Part shown: one piece after another, positions 1-9,331 of the stretch | Layout of the letters: the number at the start of each line of letters is the position of its first letter | How positions within the stretch are numbered: the stretch's first letter is position 1 | IMG/VR virus record: IMGVR_UViG_3300027227_000004 | Length of the DNA stretch: 64,000 nt | DNA from: an uncultured virus (IMG/VR IMGVR_UViG_3300027227_000004) | Taxonomy: Duplodnaviria > Heunggongvirae > Uroviricota > Caudoviricetes | Reading direction: 5' to 3' (one strand) | Made by a program: the position numbers and the translations under genes | The notes under the pieces: generated by a model | What the model was told of the DNA's origin: nothing | The model's database searches: none | Seen by the model: only the letters and a program-made list of their open reading frames with translations

Positions 1-112
1 ACAATAGCAGAGAAACGGTTGACGAATACGCACTCGACAACCGAATTGGCGTCCTCCGCATTGACACAATTAACGATGTATCGACATGCCACTGGGAGGA
101 TTTGTGATGAGT
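1..112 (+). repeat. Exact 112-bp direct repeat, copy 1 (copy 2 at 62900-63011); 3' end of the 62671-63006 gene
   Basis: Base-by-base identity of 1-112 with 62900-63011; the copies diverge right after TGATGAGT. Confidence 0.95.
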
Positions 113-286
113 GACCGAGGAATTCCCTCACCCGAGGCTATTGTCAAAGCGGCGCTGGAGACGGCGGCGCAAGCAGTTCATGGACATGCCGATGATTACG
201 ATGCGATGGAACATATTCGCACCCTCGCATCCGACCCCGCAGAGGTGGCGGCGATCATCAAGGCCGCAGGGGGAGAAACAGGGTGA
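107..286 (+). CDS. Small hypothetical protein
   Basis: ATG in TGATG overlap, preceded by GGAGGA; GC-richer than neighbours. Confidence 0.6.
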   Translation: MSDRGIPSPEAIVKAALETAAQAVHGHADDYDAMEHIRTLASDPAEVAAIIKAAGGETG

Positions 287-459
287 GTAAAACGCTGATT
301 GTCACAAATGGGCCTCTGACTAGTCGAGCAATAAACTACATACAGTTCGCACCGTTAGGTCATGTTCTAGTGTGCAGGCCAGTTGAAGAAAAAATTTCAG
401 GTGTAAGCGTGACCTCGTTTATTTTGGATGAACTCGCAGTAAAGGAGGACCGGGGATGA
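283..459 (+). CDS. Small hypothetical protein (58 aa, GTG start; not in ORF track)
   Basis: Open frame GTGAGTAAA...GGATGA, coupled at both ends (GTGA/ATGA overlaps), GGAG RBS. Confidence 0.55.
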   Translation: MSKTLIVTNGPLTSRAINYIQFAPLGHVLVCRPVEEKISGVSVTSFILDELAVKEDRG

Positions 460-740
460 GTGACTACAAACAAACCCGAGACGCAGCAGGTATCATCACC
501 TCTCGCTTCTCTAACATGCTGAAGAACCTACAGGACGACTACGAGGATGAGATTGTTGTCGTATCTCTGATGAAATATTACGAGATGTGCGCTAAGCCAG
601 ACAAGATAGACAACACAAGGGATGAATACATCGACCCTGATGAAGACCTGCTCTGGGCTATTGAACGTGTGCTACAGGACTTTATGACCACTGATGAGTT
701 CAATGGTTGGGTAGCTGCAAGGGCTTATCCTAAAAAGTAA
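456..740 (+). CDS. Hypothetical protein, paralog of 63303-63596
   Basis: GGAGG RBS; near-identical sequence to the 63303 ORF. Confidence 0.8.
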   Translation: MSDYKQTRDAAGIITSRFSNMLKNLQDDYEDEIVVVSLMKYYEMCAKPDKIDNTRDEYIDPDEDLLWAIERVLQDFMTTDEFNGWVAARAYPKK

Positions 741-801
741 CCTTCGTACTACACATATCTGGATTACGATTTACGTGTACTACAACCACGAGAAAGGCTG
801 A

Positions 802-993
802 ATGATGGACATTACACTAGACACTGACGAGCTAGGTATCTGGCTCATAGAAGAAACACCTGATGGCCCTAAGCAGATGGGCATGGTGTCGTGGAAACAA
901 ATCACACAAGGTGTTCAAACTGCACTGTTACAGGAAAGGTTCCTGATTGCACTAGCTAGAATGGATGAGATGGAGGGCTTACTTGATGAGTAA
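802..993 (+). CDS. Hypothetical protein, paralog of 63583-63867
   Basis: Shared L(D/E)TD.(L/I)GIWL and LLQE(R/K)FL.ALA..DE..GLL segments. Confidence 0.75.
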   Translation: MMDITLDTDELGIWLIEETPDGPKQMGMVSWKQITQGVQTALLQERFLIALARMDEMEGLLDE

Positions 994-1282
994 TAACAAC
1001 CCTGTAGAACAAATTAAAGAACTAGCACCTCAGGCACGAATTGAAATGCTGGAAGCTGAAAATGAAAATCTGCGTAAAGCACTTGATATCTACCAGCGTG
1101 AACGTGACCGCTATGCACATGCAACCCCAGAAATGAGTGGTGCATATTTTCTGAGTGGTGGTCATGGCCCAAAGGATGAAAACGGTATGCCATTGTATGT
1201 TGAGATTGTTCCTGCATATGGATGCGGTTGGTCAATGGTATATCAATCGTGTGGTCGCACTATTAGCTATGAGGGATCGTGA
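986..1282 (+). CDS. Hypothetical protein
   Basis: ATG at 986 after GGAGGG; coupled ORF. Confidence 0.7.
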   Translation: MSNNNPVEQIKELAPQARIEMLEAENENLRKALDIYQRERDRYAHATPEMSGAYFLSGGHGPKDENGMPLYVEIVPAYGCGWSMVYQSCGRTISYEGS

Positions 1283-1605
1283 TGTATACTCCTGACAACT
1301 GGGTTATCATTAAACTGAAAGGCGATGATCCACACTATCGTGTTCTTGCTGGCTGGTCTGGCGGGTACACTACCGGAGACTCTTGGCGGTTAAATAGTGG
1401 CATTACCCACCATGAGTTTGATGGTGACTATTGGTATTTTAAGGGTAGCACTGGAAGTTGCTATAAGTGTTATGTTGATAGTTATGAGCTTAAAATGAAC
1501 ATTGCTCATATCTGGGCAAAACTACAAGAGCTACATGGTGATAAAGTTGAACTACTTGAAGACCAAGAGTGGACAAAAGAAGATTGGGATTGGATCATAA
1601 AATGA
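1279..1605 (+). CDS. Hypothetical phage protein (YTPDNW...GWSGGY...SWRLNSGI)
   Basis: Coupled ORF, Trp/Gly-rich conserved-looking motifs. Confidence 0.75.
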   Translation: MMYTPDNWVIIKLKGDDPHYRVLAGWSGGYTTGDSWRLNSGITHHEFDGDYWYFKGSTGSCYKCYVDSYELKMNIAHIWAKLQELHGDKVELLEDQEWTKEDWDWIIK

Positions 1606-1823
1606 GTCACTGGCACTATCAACTAATGTATCACAAGTATGATGAACCTGTTCTTGGTGAAGAAGGTTACTATGCTATCCATGAATACTACGAGATGGAT
1701 GATGGTGGCGGTTGGACAGAGAACCCTGTAGACGTAACTGGTAATAGTATAGAAGACGTGAAGAAGTCACTTATGCTAATGCTACATGACCTAGAGAAGT
1801 ATGGAATCAAGGAGTATAACTGA
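1602..1823 (+). CDS. Hypothetical phage protein
   Basis: ATG 1602 overlaps upstream stop. Confidence 0.7.
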   Translation: MSHWHYQLMYHKYDEPVLGEEGYYAIHEYYEMDDGGGWTENPVDVTGNSIEDVKKSLMLMLHDLEKYGIKEYN

Positions 1824-2107
1824 TGTCTCAATTTAAAGTTCTTTATAAGGCTATTCCTTGGCATTGTGATTGCTGTGGTAGTGGAGAACATGGCTCTTTA
1901 ACTCTTTACGAGAAAATCTTTGATGATTTTCTTCCTATCTGGTCTGGTTCTTATAATGATCAGTTCGGTGGTGTTCTTCGTGAAGGAGATAAAGAAATCA
2001 AGGGAGTTTATGATTCTTTTGATGATTTTGCCTCTGGGTTTAAAACAGCACTAGAGGCTCTTGGTTATACGGTAGAACTTTATGATGATGGAAGACTAGT
2101 GAAATGA
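1823..2107 (+). CDS. Hypothetical protein with CDCC motif
   Basis: AGGAG RBS, coupled ORF. Confidence 0.7.
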   Translation: MSQFKVLYKAIPWHCDCCGSGEHGSLTLYEKIFDDFLPIWSGSYNDQFGGVLREGDKEIKGVYDSFDDFASGFKTALEALGYTVELYDDGRLVK

Positions 2108-2400
2108 TTCATAATAAACAAGCAAGAGGACGGTTAATTATCGAATTAGATACTGTCCGTAAACAAAGTAATAATAGTGAGTATCGCTATGTTAATCGTG
2201 CTAGAGTTCTTAGCCATAACTTAGAAGAAGTAGGGGATGGGCGGATTATTGACAAAGTTGTAACTCAGTTACTGGAGTTGTATCCTGAAGGGGATATGAT
2301 GCTGTATATTCAGCGAGAAGGTCGTAATTCGTTTAATCCCATGTTTCTTTCTGAGTGGTTTAAGAAAAAAGAACAACCTGAAAACTTCAAAAGGACATAA
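2104..2400 (+). CDS. Hypothetical protein
   Basis: Coupled ORF. Confidence 0.65.
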   Translation: MIHNKQARGRLIIELDTVRKQSNNSEYRYVNRARVLSHNLEEVGDGRIIDKVVTQLLELYPEGDMMLYIQREGRNSFNPMFLSEWFKKKEQPENFKRT

Positions 2401-2404
2401 ATAA

Positions 2405-2644
2405 ATGATCACTCAAGAAGATATTGATGCTATGAACGACAAGGCAGACTCTAAAGATATTTCAATTGAAGTAGTAGAAGTAAAAGAACATGAAGATGGT
2501 TCTGCTACTTATGTCTTTGATATGAACTCTAAGACCAGCCAAATAGTTGGAGAAATTGGTCTTAAGTTCTTGCTGTATGCAGGGATTATGAGCAAGTATC
2601 CTCAGAAGATCTTAGATGAACTTATGGAACAAATGAAACTTTAA
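2405..2644 (+). CDS. Hypothetical protein (V.EHEDGSAT motif)
   Basis: AAGGA RBS, ORF track. Confidence 0.7.
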   Translation: MITQEDIDAMNDKADSKDISIEVVEVKEHEDGSATYVFDMNSKTSQIVGEIGLKFLLYAGIMSKYPQKILDELMEQMKL

Positions 2645-2648
2645 TTTT

Positions 2649-2731
2649 ACCCCCTCTCGGTATCTCTGCTTACTTATCCTTAATTGGATAGGTAGGTGGG
2701 GGTATCGAGAGGGGGTTATTTTTTTTTTTTT
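2649..2731 (+). terminator. Very long stem-loop followed by T-run (intrinsic terminator and/or processing site)
   Basis: 2649-2679 pairs with 2686-2716 without a gap (31 bp, 7 G-U), then 13 T. Confidence 0.85.
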
Positions 2732-2753
2732 CTCATAGAAAGGAGGTGAGAGT

Positions 2754-2951
2754 ATGAATTACTTTTGGGTACTAGTTGCTATTATGATCAGTCCAAGTAC
2801 AGGAGAACCTTTGTCTGGTACTGTTCAGACATTCCGTACAAAAGACGATTGCTATATTGTTCAGGAGATGATCAAGAAAAAGACTACTGAAGAAGGTACT
2901 ATGGATAATAAAGCTATTATTTGTGTTCAGTCTAAACTTAACACTTTCTAG
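2754..2951 (+). CDS. Small secreted/membrane hypothetical protein
   Basis: AGGAGGTG RBS, hydrophobic N-terminus, two Cys. Confidence 0.7.
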   Translation: MNYFWVLVAIMISPSTGEPLSGTVQTFRTKDDCYIVQEMIKKKTTEEGTMDNKAIICVQSKLNTF

Positions 2952-2968
2952 TTATTTTTGGTTAGAAA

Positions 2969-2988
2969 AATTACCTGACCTTTAAGAA
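2969..2988 (+). promoter_or_regulatory. Phage RNAP promoter (SP6/T7-like), predicted +1 G2986
   Basis: AATTACCTGACCTTTAA|GAA, one of 13 copies. Confidence 0.8.
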
Positions 2989-3240
2989 TAACTTTGCTAG
3001 GCTCTGCCCTGAGAAGATATCCTAAAAGGACTTGCTACCGACATCTGAAAGCAATACTCCTCATGACCCCCGATGATGTCACTGCTTAGATTCTCTTTTT
3101 CTAGAGACTCTCTTACGGGGGTCTTTAGGATATCTTCTCAGGGTATCTTAGTGTAAGCATTTATAAATGTTTTTGATATACACTAAGATAGTGGAAAATC
3201 ATATAGCAAAATATTATGGAGAGTATCCTTGCTATAATAA
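2986..3240 (+). ncRNA. Candidate structured RNA or packaging/regulatory element upstream of terS
   Basis: 20-bp perfect inverted repeat 3007-3026/3124-3143, inner 8-bp helix 3065-3072/3116-3123, 12-bp stem 3144-3155/3179-3190; begins at predicted promoter +1. Confidence 0.5.
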
Positions 3241-3352
3241 ATTATTATGACTAAAAATTGTTATTTTTCTTTAAGATAACCCTTGGTTGATGTAGTTTGA
3301 TGAAAAGTAAGATTTTTTAAAACAATTGATAGACAACATAAAGGAACACACG

Positions 3353-3760
3353 ATGGATGAAACTCCCCAAAAGAGATCCCGTGGGCGTCCCAGATTACCG
3401 CCTAAACCACCTCGTGAGCCTAAGCTAAGGGGAGGGAAGCGTGAAGGTGCTGGTCGTCCGAAGGGTTCAATTAACATTAACTCTATGGCATCAGTAAGAC
3501 GTCTAGAAGAGCTAGACTTTGATCCTATTGAAATGATGGTAAGACAATATAAAGGCATTCAAAAGCTTCTTGATAGTGGTGAAGTAAAGATTGGTTCAGG
3601 TGCTCATGCACAAATGATTGCTACTCAAGGTCAATTGATTAACAACCTCATGGCTTATGGTTATAAGAAAATCCCAGATAAAGTAGAAATTGCTGATCCT
3701 GATAAAAAGCCTATTGCTATTAAGCTTACATTTGACTCCACCAATAAAGAAGAAGGATAA
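3353..3760 (+). CDS. terS: Probable terminase small subunit
   Basis: AT-hook-like RGRPR and GGKREGAGRPKG motifs; upstream of terL; AAGGA RBS. Confidence 0.65.
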   Translation: MDETPQKRSRGRPRLPPKPPREPKLRGGKREGAGRPKGSININSMASVRRLEELDFDPIEMMVRQYKGIQKLLDSGEVKIGSGAHAQMIATQGQLINNLMAYGYKKIPDKVEIADPDKKPIAIKLTFDSTNKEEG

Positions 3761-3766
3761 ACTCCC

Positions 3767-4045
3767 ATGCCTATAAACGAAGAAAGCTGGCACCTGTCTA
3801 AATCTGTCCCCCTTACACTCATCTTTGCTATTGTCATGCAAACGGTAGCTCTTGTATGGTATGTATCAAGCCTTGATAGTGCTGTTACATCTAATACTAA
3901 GGAAATTCTTAGGAATGATGCTCGTATCGCAAATCTTGAAATGATTGTTCAGTCACAAGCTGTTACTCTTGGTCGTATTGACGAAAATATAAAGTCAATT
4001 CGTGATAGTGTAGAAGCGATGATGAAGAGTAGATCAGGTAATTAA
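3767..4045 (+). CDS. Membrane-anchored coiled-coil protein
   Basis: One TM segment (VPLTLIFAIVMQTVALVWYV) followed by heptad-like region. Confidence 0.7.
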   Translation: MPINEESWHLSKSVPLTLIFAIVMQTVALVWYVSSLDSAVTSNTKEILRNDARIANLEMIVQSQAVTLGRIDENIKSIRDSVEAMMKSRSGN

Positions 4046-4057
4046 TAAAGAGATATT

Positions 4058-5389
4058 ATGTCAGAAATTGTATTACACGCAAAACAGTCGGAAGTCATCA
4101 AAGACCTATTCGTAGATAAAGTATGTCGTTATAGTGTTGTTACAGCTTCTCGTGGCTTCGGTAAATCATACTTAGCTGCCTCTGCTGCACTAATTGCTGT
4201 TCAGGAGTTAATGGAGCTGCCCGAAGATGTTCCTAACAAGAACGTAGCTTTGATTGCGCCTACTTACTCACAGGCTGTAGATATTTACTATCCACTTATT
4301 GCTTGGCAGATGGGCATGGAAGATTATGCTGATAAGGCCTCTAAAGCAGCAGGAACATTTTGGTTTCCTAATAACGTACAGCTTAAACTATGGTCTTATG
4401 AGGCCTCCCAGCGGATGCGTGGTACAGGTCAATACTTTGTTGTTGCTGACGAGGTTACATCATGGCATGGTGCAGGGATGAACTTAAAAGAGTCTTGGGA
4501 GTCTATTATTCAACCCTGTGTAACTACTCGTTGGTCTAGACAGAATGCAAGTAAGTATAATGCTAATGCTGGTAGAGCACTTATTATTAGTACTCCTAGC
4601 GGTTATGACTACTTCCATGAAATGTATAACAGACAAGAGTATGATCCTGATTGGAAGTCTTATCACTATACATACAAAGATTCTCCCTTCCTTGATGAAG
4701 AAGAAATCGAAAGAGTTAAGAGGACGCTTGACCCTCTGAAATTTGCAAGAGAATATACTGCAAGCTTTGAAGACTCAGGCAACAATGTGTTCTATACATT
4801 TAACCGTAAAGAGCATATTGACAGCAACCTTCCTTATTTTGAGCATGGTGAAGATGTTCATGTGGCTATCGACTTCAACGTCGGAATTATGGCTTCTGTT
4901 ATCTTTGCTATTAGAGGAAATCAAGTACATATCTTGGATGAGATGCAGGGACACCCAGATACGGAGACCCTTGCCAACAAACTTAAAGAAAAGTTTAACG
5001 GTCATCGTATCATTTCTTATCCTGACCCTGCTGGTAGAGCAAGAAAAACCTCTGCCGCAGTAGGTGTTACAGACTTTAAGATTCTTGAATCTAAGGGTAT
5101 TATAACAAGAGCACATAACAAGGCTCCTCCTATTATTGACTCAGTTGCGGCTGTGAATAGGAAGTTTAAAAATGCTAGTGGCGATATAGATATGTACATT
5201 CATCCTCGTGCTGTAAACACAGTCAAGTCTATTGAAAGAACTCAATGGACTGAGACAAATCCTGACTCTGCCACAATTGACAAAAAGGAAGGTGTAGAAC
5301 ACTGGTCAGATGCTCTCCGCTATGCAATAGAGTATCTTTACCCCATTAGAGCAGGTACTAAACTCACGGCAAGAGGGTTTGGTTTTTAA
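4058..5389 (+). CDS. terL: Terminase large subunit
   Basis: Walker A ASRGFGKS, Walker B VVADE, ISTP coupling motif, RNase H-like IDFN...DPAG...HWSDALRY. Confidence 0.95.
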   Translation: MSEIVLHAKQSEVIKDLFVDKVCRYSVVTASRGFGKSYLAASAALIAVQELMELPEDVPNKNVALIAPTYSQAVDIYYPLIAWQMGMEDYADKASKAAGTFWFPNNVQLKLWSYEASQRMRGTGQYFVVADEVTSWHGAGMNLKESWESIIQPCVTTRWSRQNASKYNANAGRALIISTPSGYDYFHEMYNRQEYDPDWKSYHYTYKDSPFLDEEEIERVKRTLDPLKFAREYTASFEDSGNNVFYTFNRKEHIDSNLPYFEHGEDVHVAIDFNVGIMASVIFAIRGNQVHILDEMQGHPDTETLANKLKEKFNGHRIISYPDPAGRARKTSAAVGVTDFKILESKGIITRAHNKAPPIIDSVAAVNRKFKNASGDIDMYIHPRAVNTVKSIERTQWTETNPDSATIDKKEGVEHWSDALRYAIEYLYPIRAGTKLTARGFGF

Positions 5390-5419
5390 CTGTAACATAA
5401 ACTTAAAAGGAATAACAAA

Positions 5420-6043
5420 ATGCCTGAGAATAGATCAAATACAGGTTCTATGAAATCTAAATTTTCTTATGCAAAAGCTTATGCTAAAGCTCGTGTAGGC
5501 AAGGCAATGACCTCTGCCCAGAAAGTTGCGCTTAAGAAAGCTCAAGAAGCCTCCGCTCGTGCTCGTTCACTTGCTGCTAAAGCTGCTGGCGGTGAAACTA
5601 ATCTTCTTCGTATGAAGCGTACTGCTGCTAATACTGCTTCTTCACTAAGAGCTAGAGCAGGTCTTTCTGCTAATCGCCTAAAGCGTAAGGGATCCTCCGC
5701 AGCTTCTAATGCCGCTCTTAAAGCGAAGCAAACAGTTAATAAGAATCTACAACGTGCTGGTCTTCAATCTACTGGTGCAGGAAAAGGCTCAAGCGGTAGA
5801 GCAAAAGTAATTGGTAGAGCAGGTGCTCCATCAAAGACAGGCCCATCAAAACGTCCAGCTAACATTGGCCCAGCAGGCAATAAGCCTCAATCAACTGGCC
5901 CATCAAAACGTCCACGGGGCAATGGTATGGGTATGCAAGTTAAAAAGCAAGCTGATATTATGTCCCGGCGTGGTGCTTTAAGAGCGACTGCTCTTAGAAC
6001 TGCAAAGAATTACGTCAAAGCAAATCGTAAGAACAAGAAATAA
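5420..6043 (+). CDS. Extremely basic K/R/A/G/S-rich low-complexity protein (nucleic-acid binding candidate)
   Basis: Only 4 acidic residues in 207 aa; TGPSKRP repeated; AAGGA RBS. Confidence 0.75.
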   Translation: MPENRSNTGSMKSKFSYAKAYAKARVGKAMTSAQKVALKKAQEASARARSLAAKAAGGETNLLRMKRTAANTASSLRARAGLSANRLKRKGSSAASNAALKAKQTVNKNLQRAGLQSTGAGKGSSGRAKVIGRAGAPSKTGPSKRPANIGPAGNKPQSTGPSKRPRGNGMGMQVKKQADIMSRRGALRATALRTAKNYVKANRKNKK

Positions 6044-6044
6044 T

Positions 6045-6400
6045 ATAGTGAAGGCTAGGAAACTGGCCTTCCTACAATTCAGAAAAGACTAAGCGTTAAT
6101 AACTCGTTATTGGGGATAATGTAGTTTACCTAATCCTGCTAACTATATTGTTAGCGTTGATGTGCTTGAGCATATCGAACCCGAATTAGTGGATAGTGTA
6201 TTGCAACACATCCAATCTCTAATGCTGAAAGGTGGATTTCTTTGTATCTGTCTTGTTCCAGCCTTCCTTATTTTACCTGATGGTAGAAATGCTCATCTTA
6301 CTATTAGATCAGCAGGTTGGTGGCAGAGCAAATGTATATAAAACAAAAGGACACCTAGCAGTATTTGTAAAACCAAAATAAGCCCATCTGAGGATCGGCA
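6045..6400 (+). ncRNA. Candidate ~350-nt structured non-coding RNA
   Basis: No ORF-track gene in the gap; GAAA-tetraloop hairpin 6050-6071 and stems at 6138-6155, 6159-6176, 6190-6214, 6277-6307 with G-U pairs. Confidence 0.5.
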
Positions 6401-6411
6401 AGGAGGTAATT

Positions 6412-6861
6412 ATGGCAAGATCTAGAATCAATTCTGCATCTAAAGATTTAATTAAAGATAATGGTGCAGTGCTTATCTCTGTTGTCGAAGGGGAACAACT
6501 ACGTATGGGGATTACTCTTAATTGGGTAACTAGCCTTGCTTCTTATACTATTACCGCAAAGATTGTCGAAGCAGATATGACAGGCAGTAAGGATGAAGAA
6601 GGCTACCCACTCTCAGTTAAATCTGGGGGTGTTGTAACAACTTTGACAACCATTGATGATGACACATCCGATAATAAATTTGATATTGTAATCCCTGAAA
6701 CATTAATTAACAGCTGGACCACGCAGCCTACACCTAACTCTCCTACCTATGGCTGGATTGGAGTTGAGGTTCAAGATAGTGGTATTAACCAATATAAACA
6801 AATTTGGAAGCCATTTAGAGGCTTAGTAGAAGTGGTATACTCTCCTTCTGAGGAGGTATAA
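6412..6861 (+). CDS. Putative virion structural protein (fibre anchor/baseplate-like, beta-rich)
   Basis: AGGAGGT RBS; first gene of fibre cluster. Confidence 0.6.
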   Translation: MARSRINSASKDLIKDNGAVLISVVEGEQLRMGITLNWVTSLASYTITAKIVEADMTGSKDEEGYPLSVKSGGVVTTLTTIDDDTSDNKFDIVIPETLINSWTTQPTPNSPTYGWIGVEVQDSGINQYKQIWKPFRGLVEVVYSPSEEV

Positions 6862-6863
6862 AA

Positions 6864-8249
6864 ATGAGCTACACAATTACAACAAATAATGATAGAATTG
6901 TCGTTGATGTAACAAATCCTAAATATGAAGTATCATTAGCCAGAACTGGCGGGCAAGGTTCTAAGGGTGACAGTGTTTCTAATGTTTTTATTAACAGTCA
7001 AGGTGAGCTAGTTTTTACTATCTCTACTGTAGCTGGAACAAGTTACGATGTTAACCTTGGGGACGTTGTTACAATCTTTGAAGACTCCATCAGACAAATT
7101 CTGGTCTCTGATGTTGTTAACGGTAACAAAACTTTTGTTGATATTACTTACGATACCAATACAAACAAAGTCAACTTTGTTGTTCAAACCGATATAAACG
7201 ATACTCCTAATACAATTGTAGAAAGAGACTCAACAGGTAAAGTAAGAGCAACAGGCGTTCATTTTCTTGACGGTATCAGTAACGAAGGCCTTATGGAGTG
7301 GAATACAACTGATGGTACCCTTGATCTCCATCTAAAAGGTGATAATGTAGTACTTCAGGTTGGTCAAGAGCAAGTTGTTCGTGTATGGAATAATACCGGA
7401 GCAACTATCAACAATGGGCAAGTAGTTTATGTAGATGGCGCTCATAATGGTTTGACTTCGGTTAAACTAGCTAATGCGTCTTCTGAGGCAACATCGTCAA
7501 AGACTTTTGGTATTGCCACTGAGACAATTCTTGCAGACTCCTACGGCTATGTAACTACTTTTGGCCTTGTTAGAGGTTTAGATACTTCAGGCTATACAGC
7601 AGGTCAGAGAATCTATTTAGACATTGTTTCTGGTAGATTTACAACAACGCAAAATACTACTCCTTATCATTTGGTTCATGTTGGTTGGATTTCAACAGTA
7701 GACACAACAATTGGTTCTGTATTTGTAAACATTGATAATGGTTACGAATTAAATGAACTTCATGATGTAAAGATCACCAACGTTGCTAATGGGCATGTTC
7801 TAAAATATGACGCTGCTCTAGGTTACTGGGTAAATACTAACTTAGATCTTGAATATGCTACCGATGCACAGCTTGTTGCAGGGTTGGCTACAAAATCTGA
7901 CGTAGGACATACCCATGCAATTAACGATCTTTCTGATGTTAACGTTAGTGTTGCAGCAACAGGTTATGTTATTGGCTACAATTCTGTGTATAATCGCTGG
8001 GAATCTAGAAAGCTTAAGGTAAGCGAGCTTAATGACGTAAACTATAGTGGCATCAAGAATAACGACGTTCTTCGTTATGATCTTGCTACTCAAGTTTGGA
8101 AACCTCATACGCTTACGACTACTAGCATGACTGACGTTGATAACACAAACAAAGTTAATGGGGCAGTACTTGTGTATAACGGCTCTACTGCTAAGTATAC
8201 CGCAACAACTACTCTTAACGACCAAATTATTAATGGAGGCTCATTCTAA
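6864..8249 (+). CDS. Tail fibre/appendage protein
   Basis: L.EL.DV / VL.YD...W repeats, Thr/Asn-rich, C-terminal INGGSF. Confidence 0.8.
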   Translation: MSYTITTNNDRIVVDVTNPKYEVSLARTGGQGSKGDSVSNVFINSQGELVFTISTVAGTSYDVNLGDVVTIFEDSIRQILVSDVVNGNKTFVDITYDTNTNKVNFVVQTDINDTPNTIVERDSTGKVRATGVHFLDGISNEGLMEWNTTDGTLDLHLKGDNVVLQVGQEQVVRVWNNTGATINNGQVVYVDGAHNGLTSVKLANASSEATSSKTFGIATETILADSYGYVTTFGLVRGLDTSGYTAGQRIYLDIVSGRFTTTQNTTPYHLVHVGWISTVDTTIGSVFVNIDNGYELNELHDVKITNVANGHVLKYDAALGYWVNTNLDLEYATDAQLVAGLATKSDVGHTHAINDLSDVNVSVAATGYVIGYNSVYNRWESRKLKVSELNDVNYSGIKNNDVLRYDLATQVWKPHTLTTTSMTDVDNTNKVNGAVLVYNGSTAKYTATTTLNDQIINGGSF

Positions 8250-9328
8250 TGGCTACTAAAATTATTTTAAAGAAATCTTCTACAGCGGGTGCAGTTCCTC
8301 TAGTTGCTGATCTAGACGCAGCAGAACTCGCTATTAACCTTGCTGATCGTAAAATTTATACTAAGAACAACTCAGGTGCTATTGTAACACTACAAGGTGC
8401 TTACGTTGATTCTGTTGCCCCAGGCACCCCTGCAGAGGGTGATCTTTGGTATGATACAACGTCAAACTACTTAAAAGCATACAACGGTTCTTCTTGGGTA
8501 AATGCTGGCTTTACTACTCTTGGTGAGTTTGGTATCACAGCAACTGCCGCTGAATTAAACGTACTTGATGGTATTACCGCTACTACTACTGAACTAAACT
8601 ACGTTGATGGTGTCACTTCAGCTATTCAAACTCAGCTTGACGGTAAGTCTTCTACCTCCCATAACCACACGCTAGACTCACTTAGCAACACTACTATTAC
8701 AAGTAACTCTGCTGGTGAGATCCTGAAGTGGAATGGCTCTGCTTGGGTTAACAATACTCTTGCTGAGGCAGGTATTTCTGCTGTTGGGCATACTCATACA
8801 GCAAGTAATATTACAGACTTCACTGAGGCTGCTCAAGATGCTGTCGGTAGCATTATTTCAGGCTCTGGTATTGTCAGTGTTACCTATAATGATACCGCTA
8901 ATACTATTGTTGTTAGTGCCTCTGAGTCAGACACCCTTGCTACTGTTACTGGTCGTGGTGCTACTACTGGTACTGCTATTTCAATTACTAACGCTACTGC
9001 TTCAACAAGCACTACTACTGGCGCTTTAAAAGTAACTGGTGGTGTAGGTGTAGCTGGCAACCTTAACGTTGGTGGTGACACAGTTATCACTGGCAACCTT
9101 ACCGTTAATGGCACGACTACTACAGTTAACTCAAACACTGTTAATATTGGTGACAACATCATCGTTCTCAATGCTGATGAAACAGGCACTCCTTCACAAA
9201 ATGCTGGTTTTGAAGTAGAACGTGGTACTGCTGCTAATGTTGCTTTCATCTGGGATGAGTCAACTGACGCTTGGGACTTTGGTAGCTACCCTGTACAAAA
9301 CGTTGTACTTGATGGTGGTTCTTACTAA
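8249..9328 (+). CDS. Tail fibre protein with T4 gp37-like N-terminal motif
   Basis: ILKKSS...ELAINLADRKIYTK; ATTTELNYVDGVT repeats; C-terminal LDGGSY. Confidence 0.85.
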   Translation: MATKIILKKSSTAGAVPLVADLDAAELAINLADRKIYTKNNSGAIVTLQGAYVDSVAPGTPAEGDLWYDTTSNYLKAYNGSSWVNAGFTTLGEFGITATAAELNVLDGITATTTELNYVDGVTSAIQTQLDGKSSTSHNHTLDSLSNTTITSNSAGEILKWNGSAWVNNTLAEAGISAVGHTHTASNITDFTEAAQDAVGSIISGSGIVSVTYNDTANTIVVSASESDTLATVTGRGATTGTAISITNATASTSTTTGALKVTGGVGVAGNLNVGGDTVITGNLTVNGTTTTVNSNTVNIGDNIIVLNADETGTPSQNAGFEVERGTAANVAFIWDESTDAWDFGSYPVQNVVLDGGSY

Positions 9329-9331
9329 GTT

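Noticed and set aside
456..740. Near-identical gene pair 456/63303 as a diversity-generating retroelement TR/VR
   Set aside because: Differences are not adenine-specific, both copies are full ORFs with RBSs, and no reverse transcriptase was seen
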